A stretch of DNA of 26,854 nucleotides from a virus (lineage: Duplodnaviria > Heunggongvirae > Uroviricota > Caudoviricetes). A model generated the notes under the pieces. That model did no database searches. It worked only from the letters and a program-made list of their open reading frames with translations, and had not been told where the DNA came from. Shown in pieces: positions 1-9,686 of this stretch (the first letter of the stretch is position 1; the number at the start of each line of letters is the position of its first letter). Made by a program: the position numbers and the translations under genes. Where the stretch lies: positions 1 through 26,854 of IMG/VR virus record IMGVR_UViG_2737471839_000017; one strand, given 5' to 3'.

Positions 1-2403
1 ACCAGCAAATGCATCCTTCACCATGTCAGAAAACTCAAGGCGAAGATCAGTATCTTTAGGCATCGGAATACCTTTCGCATCATCAGTACCTTTACGAGCC
101 GCAGCGCCAGCAAGAATTGTCTGCGCAGCGGTTTCAGGTGACACGGAAACATCCGGATTAAACCAGTTTTTTTCTGCCAAAATACCACCAGGTTTATCCA
201 TCAGTATCCCGGCAACGGCAGCAGATGGAGCGTTGGCACTGATCTGCTGTAGTGCTGACATATACACCTGCCCACCACCAGTGCTTTGCCTGATGGTATC
301 GAGATATGCTGCCTGTTGGGAAACGGGCGCATCACGAAAGAAAACACCGATCTGATTGGCCTCGTCTTTGGAAAAGAACGTCAGTGGAGTGCCATATGAC
401 TTGGCAAGGTCACTGACCTGAGCGGCACGCAAGGCAACGCTCTGTCCAAAGTTATCCTTATTGCTCATGTCGATAGGCTTTGCCTGTCCGGCGGCAAGAG
501 AGAACTGCACAGGATCCGATTGCCGCTGCTTTATCACCTGATTTGCAGCCGAAACAACGTTGTCATAAAGAGCTGCGCGTGCCGCATACCCCTCCCCTGT
601 CTCACCAGTATCCGGGCGTAATTGCTCAACATATGCTGTAATGCTGCTTGTCGGCATGTTGCGGAAAGAGCCTATATACTGTCCGGCGATCTGCGTATTT
701 CTGAACTCGGTATATCGCAGGTTTCCTTCTCTGACGCCATAAGCTGCAATAAAATCAGCCTCACCAGGTGGATTAGGAAATTCAACGCCACGCATATACG
801 CAGCCGTCGCATCGCGAACCTGGCTGTCAATCATCGTTTTATATTCAGCCTGCTGCTGCCGACGCAGTTGATCCGCCTGTCGCATAAAACTTGCCTGCGC
901 CTCAGGAGAGGCCGCATCGAATGCTGCATTACCGGTATAGCGTTTGATGTTGGTTGGAATTGTTGATAAACCAAGTGCTGCACTGACACCAGCAGTTAAC
1001 TGCTGATCACTGTATGGCTGGCTACCGTTTTCATGATGGATAATGGCTGCACAAAGCGCCTTCAGGGTATCAGGATTTGATGCATCGAGAGGCTCATCAG
1101 CAGAAACGCCAAGTTGTTCGCACACTGCTTTGATATACGACATAGTGTCATTTTTATCAGTAGGCGGTGCCCAGCGATTAATTATCTCGCTGACTGTATC
1201 AATACCCTGCCGCTGATACGACATCAGGTTCCGCCCTAATGCACGAATCCCGTGTTCAGGTGTTTCGAATTTAGCAAATCGACCATCATCACCGGTCTGG
1301 CCTACCCACGGATTAGTTTTGCTGTATTCGAGATTTCCTGGGTTGTTATTACGGATACCGCGAGCACCACCTTTTACGTAATACTGATCCTGCTGTTCGT
1401 GAAGTTTCTCAGCATAGGCGGTCGCATCCTCAGGGTTATCGAATATTCCAAGGTGTTTTCCAGTTTTTTCATACAGAGCAATAGCTTCGTCATCGGAAAG
1501 CAATTTTCCATCATCACTGACGGTGGGAATGAGAACTTCTCCAGCTTCCGTGCCTATAGAAATTGTTCGAACGGTACTGATAGTCCCATCTTCATTTTTG
1601 ACAGATGGGCGGTTGAAGAGATTAATATTTCCTTGAACAACCATTCCCTTTGTGGACTTTGGCTCTCCACCATAAGGATTAACAATAGCCCGCTTTGATC
1701 CAGCAGCAGTATCGCTTAACTCGCCATTACTTTGGATAAATGAGATCGCATTGTTTGCCGACCACTGGGACAATGCTGCATCAGCAACCTTCTCTTTAAA
1801 CTCGATTTTCTTGGCCTGTATTTGCTCGTCGCTCCAGCCATGTGCAGCACCGTACTCCTCTATTTGCTGGAAAGTTTGCTTATTAGCCAATACGTATGCG
1901 GCATTGTCGCCATACAATGCTGCGGCATTTTTACCATTGTTCAGCAGCGTCGCCTGAAACTGACCTTCTTCGTAGGCATTAATTTGCCCTATCTCGTGCC
2001 GCCCGGCCTGCGTAGTGAACTGAATGCGCTGCTGCTGTGCCTGCTGCATGAAAGCATTACGAGCCTGTTCATCCGGCAGCGACATAGCCAATTGCTCGAC
2101 CTGGGCATCAAACTGCTGCGTATACTCCTGACCTTTTCCAATAGCATTTTTCCCTTTCAGGTTAAGCAAACCTGTTTCAGGGTTATTCAGCAGATCGCTG
2201 CTTATCTGGCTTAAGCTAAGAGAAGCATCCTGAGCCAGAGCGATATTGGTACGCTGTTTTGCCTGCCCCAAAACATCAATTGCCTCTGTCCCTGCCCGAA
2301 CAAAAGCATCACTAATACCTGGCTGAGAAAACGTCTGCAAGCCTGCTGACTGAACTCCACGACTCTCAACCTGACGTCCGGATACTGTTGGTACGACTGG
2401 CAT
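1..2403 (-). CDS. Large virion protein, internal/ejection protein candidate (T7 gp15/gp16-like position); N-terminus in window, C-terminus beyond position 1
   Basis: Minus frame open from ATG at 2403 to position 1 (no complete minus ORF listed there, consistent with an open-ended frame); RBS GGAGG upstream (revcomp of 2408-2413); start overlaps the upstream stop (TAATG). Own translation, unverified. Confidence 0.5.
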   Translation of the reverse strand, partial: MPVVPTVSGRQVESRGVQSAGLQTFSQPGISDAFVRAGTEAIDVLGQAKQRTNIALAQDASLSLSQISSDLLNNPETGLLNLKGKNAIGKGQEYTQQFDAQVEQLAMSLPDEQARNAFMQQAQQQRIQFTTQAGRHEIGQINAYEEGQFQATLLNNGKNAAALYGDNAAYVLANKQTFQQIEEYGAAHGWSDEQIQAKKIEFKEKVADAALSQWSANNAISFIQSNGELSDTAAGSKRAIVNPYGGEPKSTKGMVVQGNINLFNRPSVKNEDGTISTVRTISIGTEAGEVLIPTVSDDGKLLSDDEAIALYEKTGKHLGIFDNPEDATAYAEKLHEQQDQYYVKGGARGIRNNNPGNLEYSKTNPWVGQTGDDGRFAKFETPEHGIRALGRNLMSYQRQGIDTVSEIINRWAPPTDKNDTMSYIKAVCEQLGVSADEPLDASNPDTLKALCAAIIHHENGSQPYSDQQLTAGVSAALGLSTIPTNIKRYTGNAAFDAASPEAQASFMRQADQLRRQQQAEYKTMIDSQVRDATAAYMRGVEFPNPPGEADFIAAYGVREGNLRYTEFRNTQIAGQYIGSFRNMPTSSITAYVEQLRPDTGETGEGYAARAALYDNVVSAANQVIKQRQSDPVQFSLAAGQAKPIDMSNKDNFGQSVALRAAQVSDLAKSYGTPLTFFSKDEANQIGVFFRDAPVSQQAAYLDTIRQSTGGGQVYMSALQQISANAPSAAVAGILMDKPGGILAEKNWFNPDVSVSPETAAQTILAGAAARKGTDDAKGIPMPKDTDLRLEFSDMVKDAFAG

Positions 2404-2948
2404 TATAATCCTCCGGGTAATCTGGTTCCTGCTGCTGCCCCGATTGGCGCAGGGGTGCTTTGAGTAAACGGACTCCACGTCCCACCAAACATCTGGTACG
2501 CACCGTATGCCTTCAGAGGCGCAGTGAGCAATGTTGTTGCTGCTCCCACATTCCCCTGTTTACGGGCTGAACTGGCTTCTGCTTTATAGTTGGCAGCCTG
2601 AACCTGATAACCGTAAGCCTCGCGTTGCGCGTTATTCGCCGTCGTCAGCGAATCAAGAGCGCCAAACTGGGCAGTGTCGCCAAATATATCCAGCGCGTTA
2701 CCGGTAGATAAATCGGCGCCGGTCGCCCCCATTGTCGCCGCCTGTGTACCAAGCCGCTGTCGGGTCTCTCTGCGCCGTTGCTCAGCTTCAGCGTTACCTC
2801 TGTTTATTGCATCATTTGCCTGAGATGTGGCTATATCTGCGTTCGCTTCTGCAACCTTCGATGCATACTTTCCCTGTTGGTACTGGGTGTATGCCTGAAT
2901 GCCACTCATGGCGAGCATTGCGCCACCAGCAATAACCGGATCGCACAT
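2403..2948 (-). CDS. Internal virion protein, T7 gp14-like candidate (181 aa)
   Basis: Starts MC..., Ala/Gly/Gln-rich, size and position after the tail tubular genes resemble T7 gp14 (recalled, not searched); stop-start coupled to neighbours. Confidence 0.45.
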   Translation of the reverse strand: MCDPVIAGGAMLAMSGIQAYTQYQQGKYASKVAEANADIATSQANDAINRGNAEAEQRRRETRQRLGTQAATMGATGADLSTGNALDIFGDTAQFGALDSLTTANNAQREAYGYQVQAANYKAEASSARKQGNVGAATTLLTAPLKAYGAYQMFGGTWSPFTQSTPAPIGAAAGTRLPGGL

Positions 2949-3412
2949 TATTTTCTCTCCATGTGAAATCTGTGGAAATTAAGACCAAGAGCACCATAAG
3001 GCGCGGCTTCTTCAAGCCTGAATCCAAGCCAGTGCAGCCATGCTTTGGCAACATGGTTTCGCTCGTCGACGTAGTTTTCCAGGCGTGGATAAACTGCCAG
3101 CATCTGCTGCAATACAGGGCGGCAGTGGCGAAGAAATGTCTTCTGATATTTTTCAATACGGCTGGTTCCTACCAGCCAGGGCGTACCATTGCCACCGATC
3201 ATTGACGCCGGAGATACGCCAAACATGGTTACCAGTTCTCCGTTCGCAAATCCTGACCAGGCCATAGTCGCAGTACGCAGACCAACACGCAGCGCATCTT
3301 CGGTAGTCATCAGTGATACCGCATACAGTTCGTCAATATCAGCCTGACGAACATCCGGCAAAATCATCTGAAGATGCTCTTCGGTAGCGGGAATAATTCG
3401 AACATCGATCAT
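2948..3412 (-). CDS. Virion protein, gp13-like position (154 aa)
   Basis: ORF coupled by ATGA overlap to the 821-aa gene upstream; assignment is by position only. Confidence 0.35.
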   Translation of the reverse strand: MIDVRIIPATEEHLQMILPDVRQADIDELYAVSLMTTEDALRVGLRTATMAWSGFANGELVTMFGVSPASMIGGNGTPWLVGTSRIEKYQKTFLRHCRPVLQQMLAVYPRLENYVDERNHVAKAWLHWLGFRLEEAAPYGALGLNFHRFHMERK

Positions 3413-5877
3413 CAGAATCCCCCAACAGTAAGGCGAGGAATAACGGCAAGAACAGACAGCGGCAACGGGTCAAGCTGACGGATTTTTACACGTCCGTTTT
3501 TGCCCCAGTTACTGTCCAGTTTCACTTCTACTTTTCCGGTAGCGTCATCAACAGGATCATCGTAGAACTCGAATTCACGCTGTGGATATTCGTACCATTT
3601 ACCGCTGGGCGTAGTCGCCCAGATGCCGCGACTGGCATTCACAACCAGAGTAACGGACGGGATCACCTGTTTTTTGTCCAGCAGCGTTTCCTGTCCGTTA
3701 ATGTTGATATCCAGTGTTTCGAATTCGGCAGTTATTGGCAGGCCGATGTGCACTACAGCCCCCGGAGATTCCAGCGTGACGGCACCTCCGGAAACCACTT
3801 TCTGTGGTTCCACGTTCGCATCAGAGAGAATGTTTACGGTCTGGCCTTCAAGATGAGACAGGCCTCCAAATGTCCGGCGCGCCATCTGCCAGTTCGTGGT
3901 GGCCACATTCCTGAGGGATGGCGGGACGTTCCTGTTAGCACGAACCACTACAGCGGTATTGCTGGTTACAGAAATAATGTCGCAACGTAATTCTTTTGAC
4001 ACTTCATCGCCAGTATCAGTTCCGGTATAAGGGAACTGTAGTTGCGCGCCGACATCACTACTGGTGAAGTACGCACCACCAGAAACACTGATTGTATATT
4101 CCGCGCGGTAATCCCATTCGCCAGAACCACCAATGATTGTCATCGTTCTGTCAGACGTATTTCTTCCATCATAGCTAAGGCCAGAATCAACAAAGAAAGC
4201 GTCTTCATCGCTGGTAAATAAACGGCTGGACAGCCGCTCGATGTATCTCACTGTTTGCCCGTTAACGGTTCGGTTAACGACGAAATACACCGCATCTTCA
4301 TTGCCTTCGCTGATACTGCACGTGCTTTCATATTTTCCGGTACTGGACTGTGGTGCCCATGCAAAAACCTGTTGATCACGCAAATAGGTCATCACCAGTA
4401 ATTTACCGTCATCACGAATGCAGAAGGCGCTGGAGTAAGGGACAATCGAGAAGCACCAGTCAACAATGCTGTGCTTCTGAAAAAGATGATTGGCAAGGAT
4501 GGTCAGGTCGTTCCCCTGATAGCCGTCAACATCGAATGAGTAGGCCAGATCACGGACAACGCTGCCTTTCTCCTGGACGAACAAAGCAATATTCGCCACG
4601 GCAATTGGCGGGACGTTGCTTGAGCCATTTGATCCCTGAGAGCTGAATGCAAATGATGATGGGGTTAACACTTTGTTCTGGTCGCCGGTGATGACGTACT
4701 CACCTCCGGAAGTCAGCGCCACCAGAGAACCAACATCAATCAGGTGACGGATCTCATTAACCTGACGCCCGGCATAGGTGTAGATAATTCTGTCGTCATC
4801 CTGCGTAGGATTGCTTTTGCCAAAATCCTTATAATCCCCAGTACGGCTGGCCCAGATAGTCTGAGGGAACGCAGTCGATGCGGCGAAGTAAAGACGTTGT
4901 TGATAATAAACAACAGTGCCAGGATAACCATTAACACTGTTCCAGGCATATTTAGCCCATTTATAGCTGGCATTATCCTCGCCAACGACCTGCGAAGGGA
5001 TATAGGAAATCACCTCGGCAGTTGCAGTAGTTCCATTTGCAGCAGTGATACGGGCAATGCCAAAACCACTGTGCAGATATTCCCACTCAATGCCAGTATC
5101 ATCATCACCGGATCCGCCCCAGCCATCCCATGATGTGCCTTCTGTATGCGAAGGGCGCAAAGTACCTGTTTTGCCTGCTGTAACGGCGCGATAGTAGTTA
5201 CTGTCTGCACGGCGAATATCGCCAATCGACGTACTCTTACTGGTTTCCCATACCGGCACTGAATCCACTGCAGGCTGTTCCAGATAGAACAATTTTCCTA
5301 CCTGCTCCGCGCCAAAAATAGAGGCGCTTGCCGTTAACGTAATTGTCCCGGTGCTGGCGCTGGCATAAACCGTCACTGACTCGTCAATATTGATATCTTC
5401 AAATGGTCCGTTCTTCGTTACCACATCAACCAGTTGCCAGTTGTCATGCGCATAGCGACGCAACTCTTTCGGCGGGTATGCCGGATGAACAAGCGTAAGC
5501 ACGTCTGCGCTTTGCGTGAATTTAATTCGGAACAGATCGGCTTCAGTATATGGCGTGGCAATTTCATAAATAACATTGCTGCTGTTCAGCACCAACGCAC
5601 CATCTTTGATAACGCGCATGTACTGGTGTCCGAACTCCAGAGCATAAGTCTGAACCGTCGAGAACTGGAACGGTATCAGGCGGCATTTCCGATTTGGGTA
5701 TTTGGCGGCACCGACAAAACGCGTACCAGGTCGATTCTCAACGCCGCCATACTGCCGCACGATAAAGTTATCGCACTTGCGCAATGCCACCTGGTACTTC
5801 GCCATGTCGATACGACCGTACAACGACGGTCCAATCTCACCACCGGCAAAGCTGGGCTGGATCCAACTGATAGCCAT
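3412..5877 (-). CDS. Tail tubular protein B-like (821 aa)
   Basis: Size and position directly after a gp11-like gene; ATGA start/stop overlap with the upstream gene; beta-rich Ser/Thr/Gly composition typical of tail proteins. Confidence 0.5.
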   Translation of the reverse strand: MAISWIQPSFAGGEIGPSLYGRIDMAKYQVALRKCDNFIVRQYGGVENRPGTRFVGAAKYPNRKCRLIPFQFSTVQTYALEFGHQYMRVIKDGALVLNSSNVIYEIATPYTEADLFRIKFTQSADVLTLVHPAYPPKELRRYAHDNWQLVDVVTKNGPFEDINIDESVTVYASASTGTITLTASASIFGAEQVGKLFYLEQPAVDSVPVWETSKSTSIGDIRRADSNYYRAVTAGKTGTLRPSHTEGTSWDGWGGSGDDDTGIEWEYLHSGFGIARITAANGTTATAEVISYIPSQVVGEDNASYKWAKYAWNSVNGYPGTVVYYQQRLYFAASTAFPQTIWASRTGDYKDFGKSNPTQDDDRIIYTYAGRQVNEIRHLIDVGSLVALTSGGEYVITGDQNKVLTPSSFAFSSQGSNGSSNVPPIAVANIALFVQEKGSVVRDLAYSFDVDGYQGNDLTILANHLFQKHSIVDWCFSIVPYSSAFCIRDDGKLLVMTYLRDQQVFAWAPQSSTGKYESTCSISEGNEDAVYFVVNRTVNGQTVRYIERLSSRLFTSDEDAFFVDSGLSYDGRNTSDRTMTIIGGSGEWDYRAEYTISVSGGAYFTSSDVGAQLQFPYTGTDTGDEVSKELRCDIISVTSNTAVVVRANRNVPPSLRNVATTNWQMARRTFGGLSHLEGQTVNILSDANVEPQKVVSGGAVTLESPGAVVHIGLPITAEFETLDININGQETLLDKKQVIPSVTLVVNASRGIWATTPSGKWYEYPQREFEFYDDPVDDATGKVEVKLDSNWGKNGRVKIRQLDPLPLSVLAVIPRLTVGGF

Positions 5878-6482
5878 CAGGACAACCTCGCAATGGTAAA
5901 CTCGTCAACCGGTGGCTGTGGTTCCTGTGATTCATTCTGGCTATGCGAACCAGCACTAAGAATCACGCGATTGTACATATTGAGAGCAAATGTACCGAGA
6001 TCCGCATTCCCAGTCAGCGCCATGTTAATGGCTGCCGCAAGACGCCAGGCCAGCGCCTCCATAAAAATGGCATCAAACATGTTCACATCTGAAACGCGAG
6101 AGACATACTTGAGCCATGCCTGCGGCTGGTCTGTATAGATCAATTTTCCTGTTCCGTTGGTGTCTGCACCAACTTCGTACTGAACGCGCATTGCTGCTGT
6201 TGGATTGCGTACACCAGGAAGCATAATTTCAGTAATGCGCAGACAATCGGACGGGTACTGGTACGCATATTCCCAGTCAGGCGGTGGATTGTTCGTATCT
6301 GCAAGCGCCACGCGTTTGGTAGCAAAGTTCCAGTCAAAATCAGAAAGCACAGCATCACGGCAGGCCTCAAAGTGCAGCGAACATTCCCCCGCTTCCTTGC
6401 TGGCTTCCGTCAGGCTGTTAATGCTGCGGCTATTGCCAATATTGGACAGCGCACGATTGCAGATCTCTACTACAGAGGCCAT
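5877..6482 (-). CDS. Tail tubular protein A-like (201 aa)
   Basis: Length close to T7 gp11 (196 aa) and N-terminal 'CNRALSNIGNSRSINSLTE' resembles gp11 'DILASIGEPPVSTLE' from memory; not searched. Confidence 0.5.
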   Translation of the reverse strand: MASVVEICNRALSNIGNSRSINSLTEASKEAGECSLHFEACRDAVLSDFDWNFATKRVALADTNNPPPDWEYAYQYPSDCLRITEIMLPGVRNPTAAMRVQYEVGADTNGTGKLIYTDQPQAWLKYVSRVSDVNMFDAIFMEALAWRLAAAINMALTGNADLGTFALNMYNRVILSAGSHSQNESQEPQPPVDEFTIARLS

Positions 6483-6805
6483 TACTCACCCCCATTGCCG
6501 TACAGAGTTTCAGCCGCTGATTTTTCTACATCCCCGGAAACAGGAGCGATCGCCATATCAGTGATCTGCAGATCGGCGCTGCGATTAACACCATCGTCAG
6601 TTTCTCTGGCAGACAGGCCTCGAATAACAGCCTTTGCAGTTATCATCACTTCTGTTCCAACGCCCTGAGGTTGCGCCTTCAGCTTATTCAATGTGTCGTT
6701 ATTCAGCGTGATGCACAGCCCCCACGGGTATTCATCGCGAGTTCTGGTTTCTCCGCTCTCATCCTGGTAGCTGTCAGTGCCGGTTTTGAGGTTTACGAGT
6801 TCCAT
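6482..6805 (-). CDS. Hypothetical virion-module protein (~107 aa; likely start ATG at 6805 rather than GTG at 6811)
   Basis: ORF with RBS AGGAG 7 nt upstream of the ATG at 6805. Confidence 0.4.
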   Translation of the reverse strand: MELVNLKTGTDSYQDESGETRTRDEYPWGLCITLNNDTLNKLKAQPQGVGTEVMITAKAVIRGLSARETDDGVNRSADLQITDMAIAPVSGDVEKSAAETLYGNGGE

Positions 6806-6812
6806 ATACACT

Positions 6813-6840
6813 CCTGCAATAAAGGGGCCGAAGCCCCTTG
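6813..6840 (-). terminator. Intra-operon intrinsic terminator/attenuator candidate
   Basis: On the minus strand GGGGC-ttcg-GCCCC hairpin followed by TTTATT, between the 6856 and 6805 genes. Confidence 0.35.
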
Positions 6841-6855
6841 TCTGATCCGCGAGGC

Positions 6856-7191
6856 TTACACGCCCAGTTCTTTACGCTTATCTGCGATCTTCTCGCGGAG
6901 CGTTTCGGCTTTGGCGTTATGGTGTGGCTTCTCGTTAAAGAGCAATTCGTACTCTTCACGGAGCTTATCCAGTTCACCATCATCTGACACATCGTTGATG
7001 ATTTTGGTGCTGGTTGCTGCCATTGACACCTTTCCTGCAACTTTTGCTTTTTCCTGTCTGGCTGCATCGTTAACAGGTTCCAGTGCGCTACCAGGCTCAC
7101 CTTCGTATTCGATTTCTGCCCCCTCAGGCCACAGTGTGTTATGGATATGAGAGAGGCGCAGAACGCGGTATCTTGGTTTCTCACCTGACAT
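6856..7191 (-). CDS. Hypothetical virion-module protein (~111 aa; start ATG at 7191 preferred over GTG at 7200)
   Basis: ORF; RBS AAGGTGA 7 nt upstream of the ATG at 7191. Confidence 0.4.
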   Translation of the reverse strand: MSGEKPRYRVLRLSHIHNTLWPEGAEIEYEGEPGSALEPVNDAARQEKAKVAGKVSMAATSTKIINDVSDDGELDKLREEYELLFNEKPHHNAKAETLREKIADKRKELGV

Positions 7192-7201
7192 CGATATCAC
7201 C

Positions 7202-7639
7202 TTAACCAGTTACTTTTGAGCGGATCGGATACGGCGTATTGGCATCAACATCAAGACTGATACCAGCAGTGAATTCGCCAGCCGTTAGTGGGCCAGTTGC
7301 GACGGAGTAGTTAACACGCAGATATCGCTGAACACCGGCAGGCACCTTTGCAGAAACAACTCGTTTACCTGCTGTCAGGGCGGTCTTTGCCAGTGCGCCA
7401 CTATCATAAATAGTGGTCCATGAGCTGTTATTCTCACTCGTCTGCAACTGGATGTTTACAGTTGCATCACCGCTTGCCGCGGCGGCTGTGTTAACCAGCG
7501 CCCAAAACTCAAGCGGGTAACCCACGCCGATATCACGACGTTTTCCGTCAATTGGACCGAGATCGATTACGTCAGTAGAAGCCGCGGTATTCGTAACCGC
7601 CTGAGCTTCGGAGAACATCAACAGTTTGTCGGTGATCAT
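7202..7639 (-). CDS. Putative minor capsid/decoration protein (145 aa)
   Basis: Immediately downstream of the major capsid gene; RBS GGAGAAAG; Thr/Ala/Ser-rich beta-type composition. Confidence 0.4.
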   Translation of the reverse strand: MITDKLLMFSEAQAVTNTAASTDVIDLGPIDGKRRDIGVGYPLEFWALVNTAAAASGDATVNIQLQTSENNSSWTTIYDSGALAKTALTAGKRVVSAKVPAGVQRYLRVNYSVATGPLTAGEFTAGISLDVDANTPYPIRSKVTG

Positions 7640-7690
7640 CTTCTTTCTCCATTAGTGGGTCTGTTACGACCCACAGGTTAATAACAGGCG

Positions 7691-8683
7691 TTACACCACG
7701 CGGGCTTCTGTTTCCAGAAGCGCATCAGTTTCACGAATTGGTACACCACGGAATGAAGTCCACCACTCGCCTTCAGTCTCTTTTACGCTGATAGCCAGAG
7801 ATGTTTTCTCCAGAGACTGTAGATCAAGAGCCTGGCCTACAGTGCGGTTCATGTAGAACACCGGGCGGCCCATGCCACGGTTTGGAATGCGATGCAGTGC
7901 TTTAACCATCAACTTCGCAATATTTGCGGCAGAGGAAGGTTCTGAAAGATTGCTGACATCGATGTTTGCAATGCGAACAACATAACGCCAGTCACGCAGA
8001 GCAAGTCCGTTGTCCCATTTGTAATGGGTACGGTAGCCTTCGTACTTGCCGCCATTCGCATCTTCCAGTGTCACCTGGCCTTTATCTTCCATCTGGATGC
8101 CAGCCTTCTGCCCTTTCGGGAAGATGCCATGCACGGTGTTTTCGCCCCACACCACTAACCAGATTGAGGTGTTATCTGTACCCGTGCCACCAGCATCAAT
8201 GATGTTCTGAGCATTACCCGCAGACAGGCTGGAATAGCGGGAGGACAGTCCCATAAACTGCTGAGGGTTAACGCTGGAATCACCATAAAACAGCGTCTGC
8301 GCCATCTGCTGATTCATCGCTTCAATAAATGCGCGGTCTTCAGACAGGCGGAATTCGGCGGTATTGCCGTTCAGATCAGCCAGTGACTTATCGACTTCAG
8401 CATAGGTTTCCAGCATGCCAACGGAATCGGTTACCTGCACTGTGGTTGATTTGCTTGGCTGTACGCCATAGTTCAGCAAACGCCAGGTAGCTGAAGGTAA
8501 ACCAGAACGAATGGTGGTTCGGTGTCCGGTAGGAAGGTTCCCTTCGACAAAAGGCATATCCTGAAGGATCGGGTTAGTTTGACCGAGAAGCTCGATAATC
8601 TTATCGACTTTCCCGTTTGGATCGACGCGCTTACCCCAGTCAGCCAGCGTTAGCGCAGTTAAGCCTTTAACAGCCATTGTCAT
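7691..8683 (-). CDS. Major capsid protein (330 aa)
   Basis: Position after the scaffold gene, size, RBS GAGAGG; family not determined. Confidence 0.65.
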   Translation of the reverse strand: MTMAVKGLTALTLADWGKRVDPNGKVDKIIELLGQTNPILQDMPFVEGNLPTGHRTTIRSGLPSATWRLLNYGVQPSKSTTVQVTDSVGMLETYAEVDKSLADLNGNTAEFRLSEDRAFIEAMNQQMAQTLFYGDSSVNPQQFMGLSSRYSSLSAGNAQNIIDAGGTGTDNTSIWLVVWGENTVHGIFPKGQKAGIQMEDKGQVTLEDANGGKYEGYRTHYKWDNGLALRDWRYVVRIANIDVSNLSEPSSAANIAKLMVKALHRIPNRGMGRPVFYMNRTVGQALDLQSLEKTSLAISVKETEGEWWTSFRGVPIRETDALLETEARVV

Positions 8684-8691
8684 TTCCTCTC

Positions 8692-9387
8692 TTATTTGCC
8701 ATAGAGCACTTCGGCCGCACTACGCTGGCCTTCATTACCACCGGTGACCATGCCATCTTCAGACATCGCCTTTCCGATTTTCACGAACGTTTTGACCAGA
8801 TCAGGGTGATTACCCAGCCCGGTGGTGTTCAGATATTCTTTGAGTTCAGGTGTCCCGAACTGGTCAAGCGCACGCTGTGCGGCGCTAAGGTTAGAAATCA
8901 ACTTGTCGCCACCGATTTCTTTGTCAGCTTTTACATCAGCAGCCCACTGCTCGGTTGTTTTCTGCCAGGCTTCTGCCTGGCGCTGCTGCACACCTGCCAG
9001 AATCTTCGGATAAGCATCAACCAGCTTTTGCGCTTGCTCGTTGGTCAGGTTAAGTTCTCGCGCCACCGGCTCGAACTCCTTCAACGCTTCTGTATCCAGC
9101 TCTACGCCTTCGGCAGCCTGAAACTCGTACTTCTCAGGCGCACCCTGTGGTTTATCGCCGTCCTTTTTTTCATCCTGCTTATCGTTTTCAGGCTTTTTGT
9201 CATCAGCAGGTTTATCGCCATCAGCAACAGGTTGTGGCTTATCACCTTCCTGTTGTGATGGATCACCAACTGGAGCAGGGTTATCACCTGCAGGCGCTGA
9301 CGGTTCTGACGCAGCCGGAGCTGCTCCACCATCGACTGGTTGCTCATTGCAAAGACGGCGATACAGCAAACGCTCAAATAAATTCAT
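8692..9387 (-). CDS. Scaffolding protein (start ATG 9387; GTG 9393 alternative)
   Basis: Acidic low-complexity Pro/Asp/Lys-rich N-terminal half and helical C-terminal half, between portal and capsid genes; RBS AGGAG. Confidence 0.55.
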   Translation of the reverse strand: MNLFERLLYRRLCNEQPVDGGAAPAASEPSAPAGDNPAPVGDPSQQEGDKPQPVADGDKPADDKKPENDKQDEKKDGDKPQGAPEKYEFQAAEGVELDTEALKEFEPVARELNLTNEQAQKLVDAYPKILAGVQQRQAEAWQKTTEQWAADVKADKEIGGDKLISNLSAAQRALDQFGTPELKEYLNTTGLGNHPDLVKTFVKIGKAMSEDGMVTGGNEGQRSAAEVLYGK

Positions 9388-9389
9388 GA

Positions 9390-9686
9390 TCACTCCTGTT
9401 CACTGGCCTCTTTGGCCATCTTCAAATACTGTTCAGGGCAATGCGCCATAACGCGCTGAAACAGTTCCAGCGCCAGATTGCGTTGCCCCTCATTAAATGC
9501 CATTGCCATAGCGTCCATCGGTGAGATAGCGGAAAACACCCGGCCTTTCTCCAGCACAGACCAGACAACGCGACGCCCCTGTTCACTGCTCATGACAAAG
9601 CGAATGTCATCAATTTCACGCTGTGCCATGTCACGTTGCTTACGGGCGTTTTCTTCTTTCAGTTGATCATCTTCGTAATCTGTCAT
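9390..9686 (-). CDS. Hypothetical protein (98 aa) between portal and scaffold
   Basis: ATGA coupling to the portal stop; charged helical sequence. Confidence 0.45.
   Translation of the reverse strand: MTDYEDDQLKEENARKQRDMAQREIDDIRFVMSSEQGRRVVWSVLEKGRVFSAISPMDAMAMAFNEGQRNLALELFQRVMAHCPEQYLKMAKEASEQE

Noticed and set aside
23-2214. Plus-strand ORFs 23-355, 622-966, 1252-1698, 1751-1957, 1822-2214
   Set aside because: They lie opposite a single long minus-strand frame that is coupled to the upstream virion genes; no RBS; low-complexity translations.
3623-6138. Plus-strand ORFs overlapping the tail tubular genes (for example 4744-5133 and 5434-6138)
   Set aside because: Antisense shadows of the 821-aa and 201-aa minus-strand genes; no RBS and biased composition.
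7640-7690. Hairpin GTGGGTC-tgttac-GACCCAC between the major capsid gene and the next gene
   Set aside because: No U-tract on the transcribed strand, so not a convincing intrinsic terminator.
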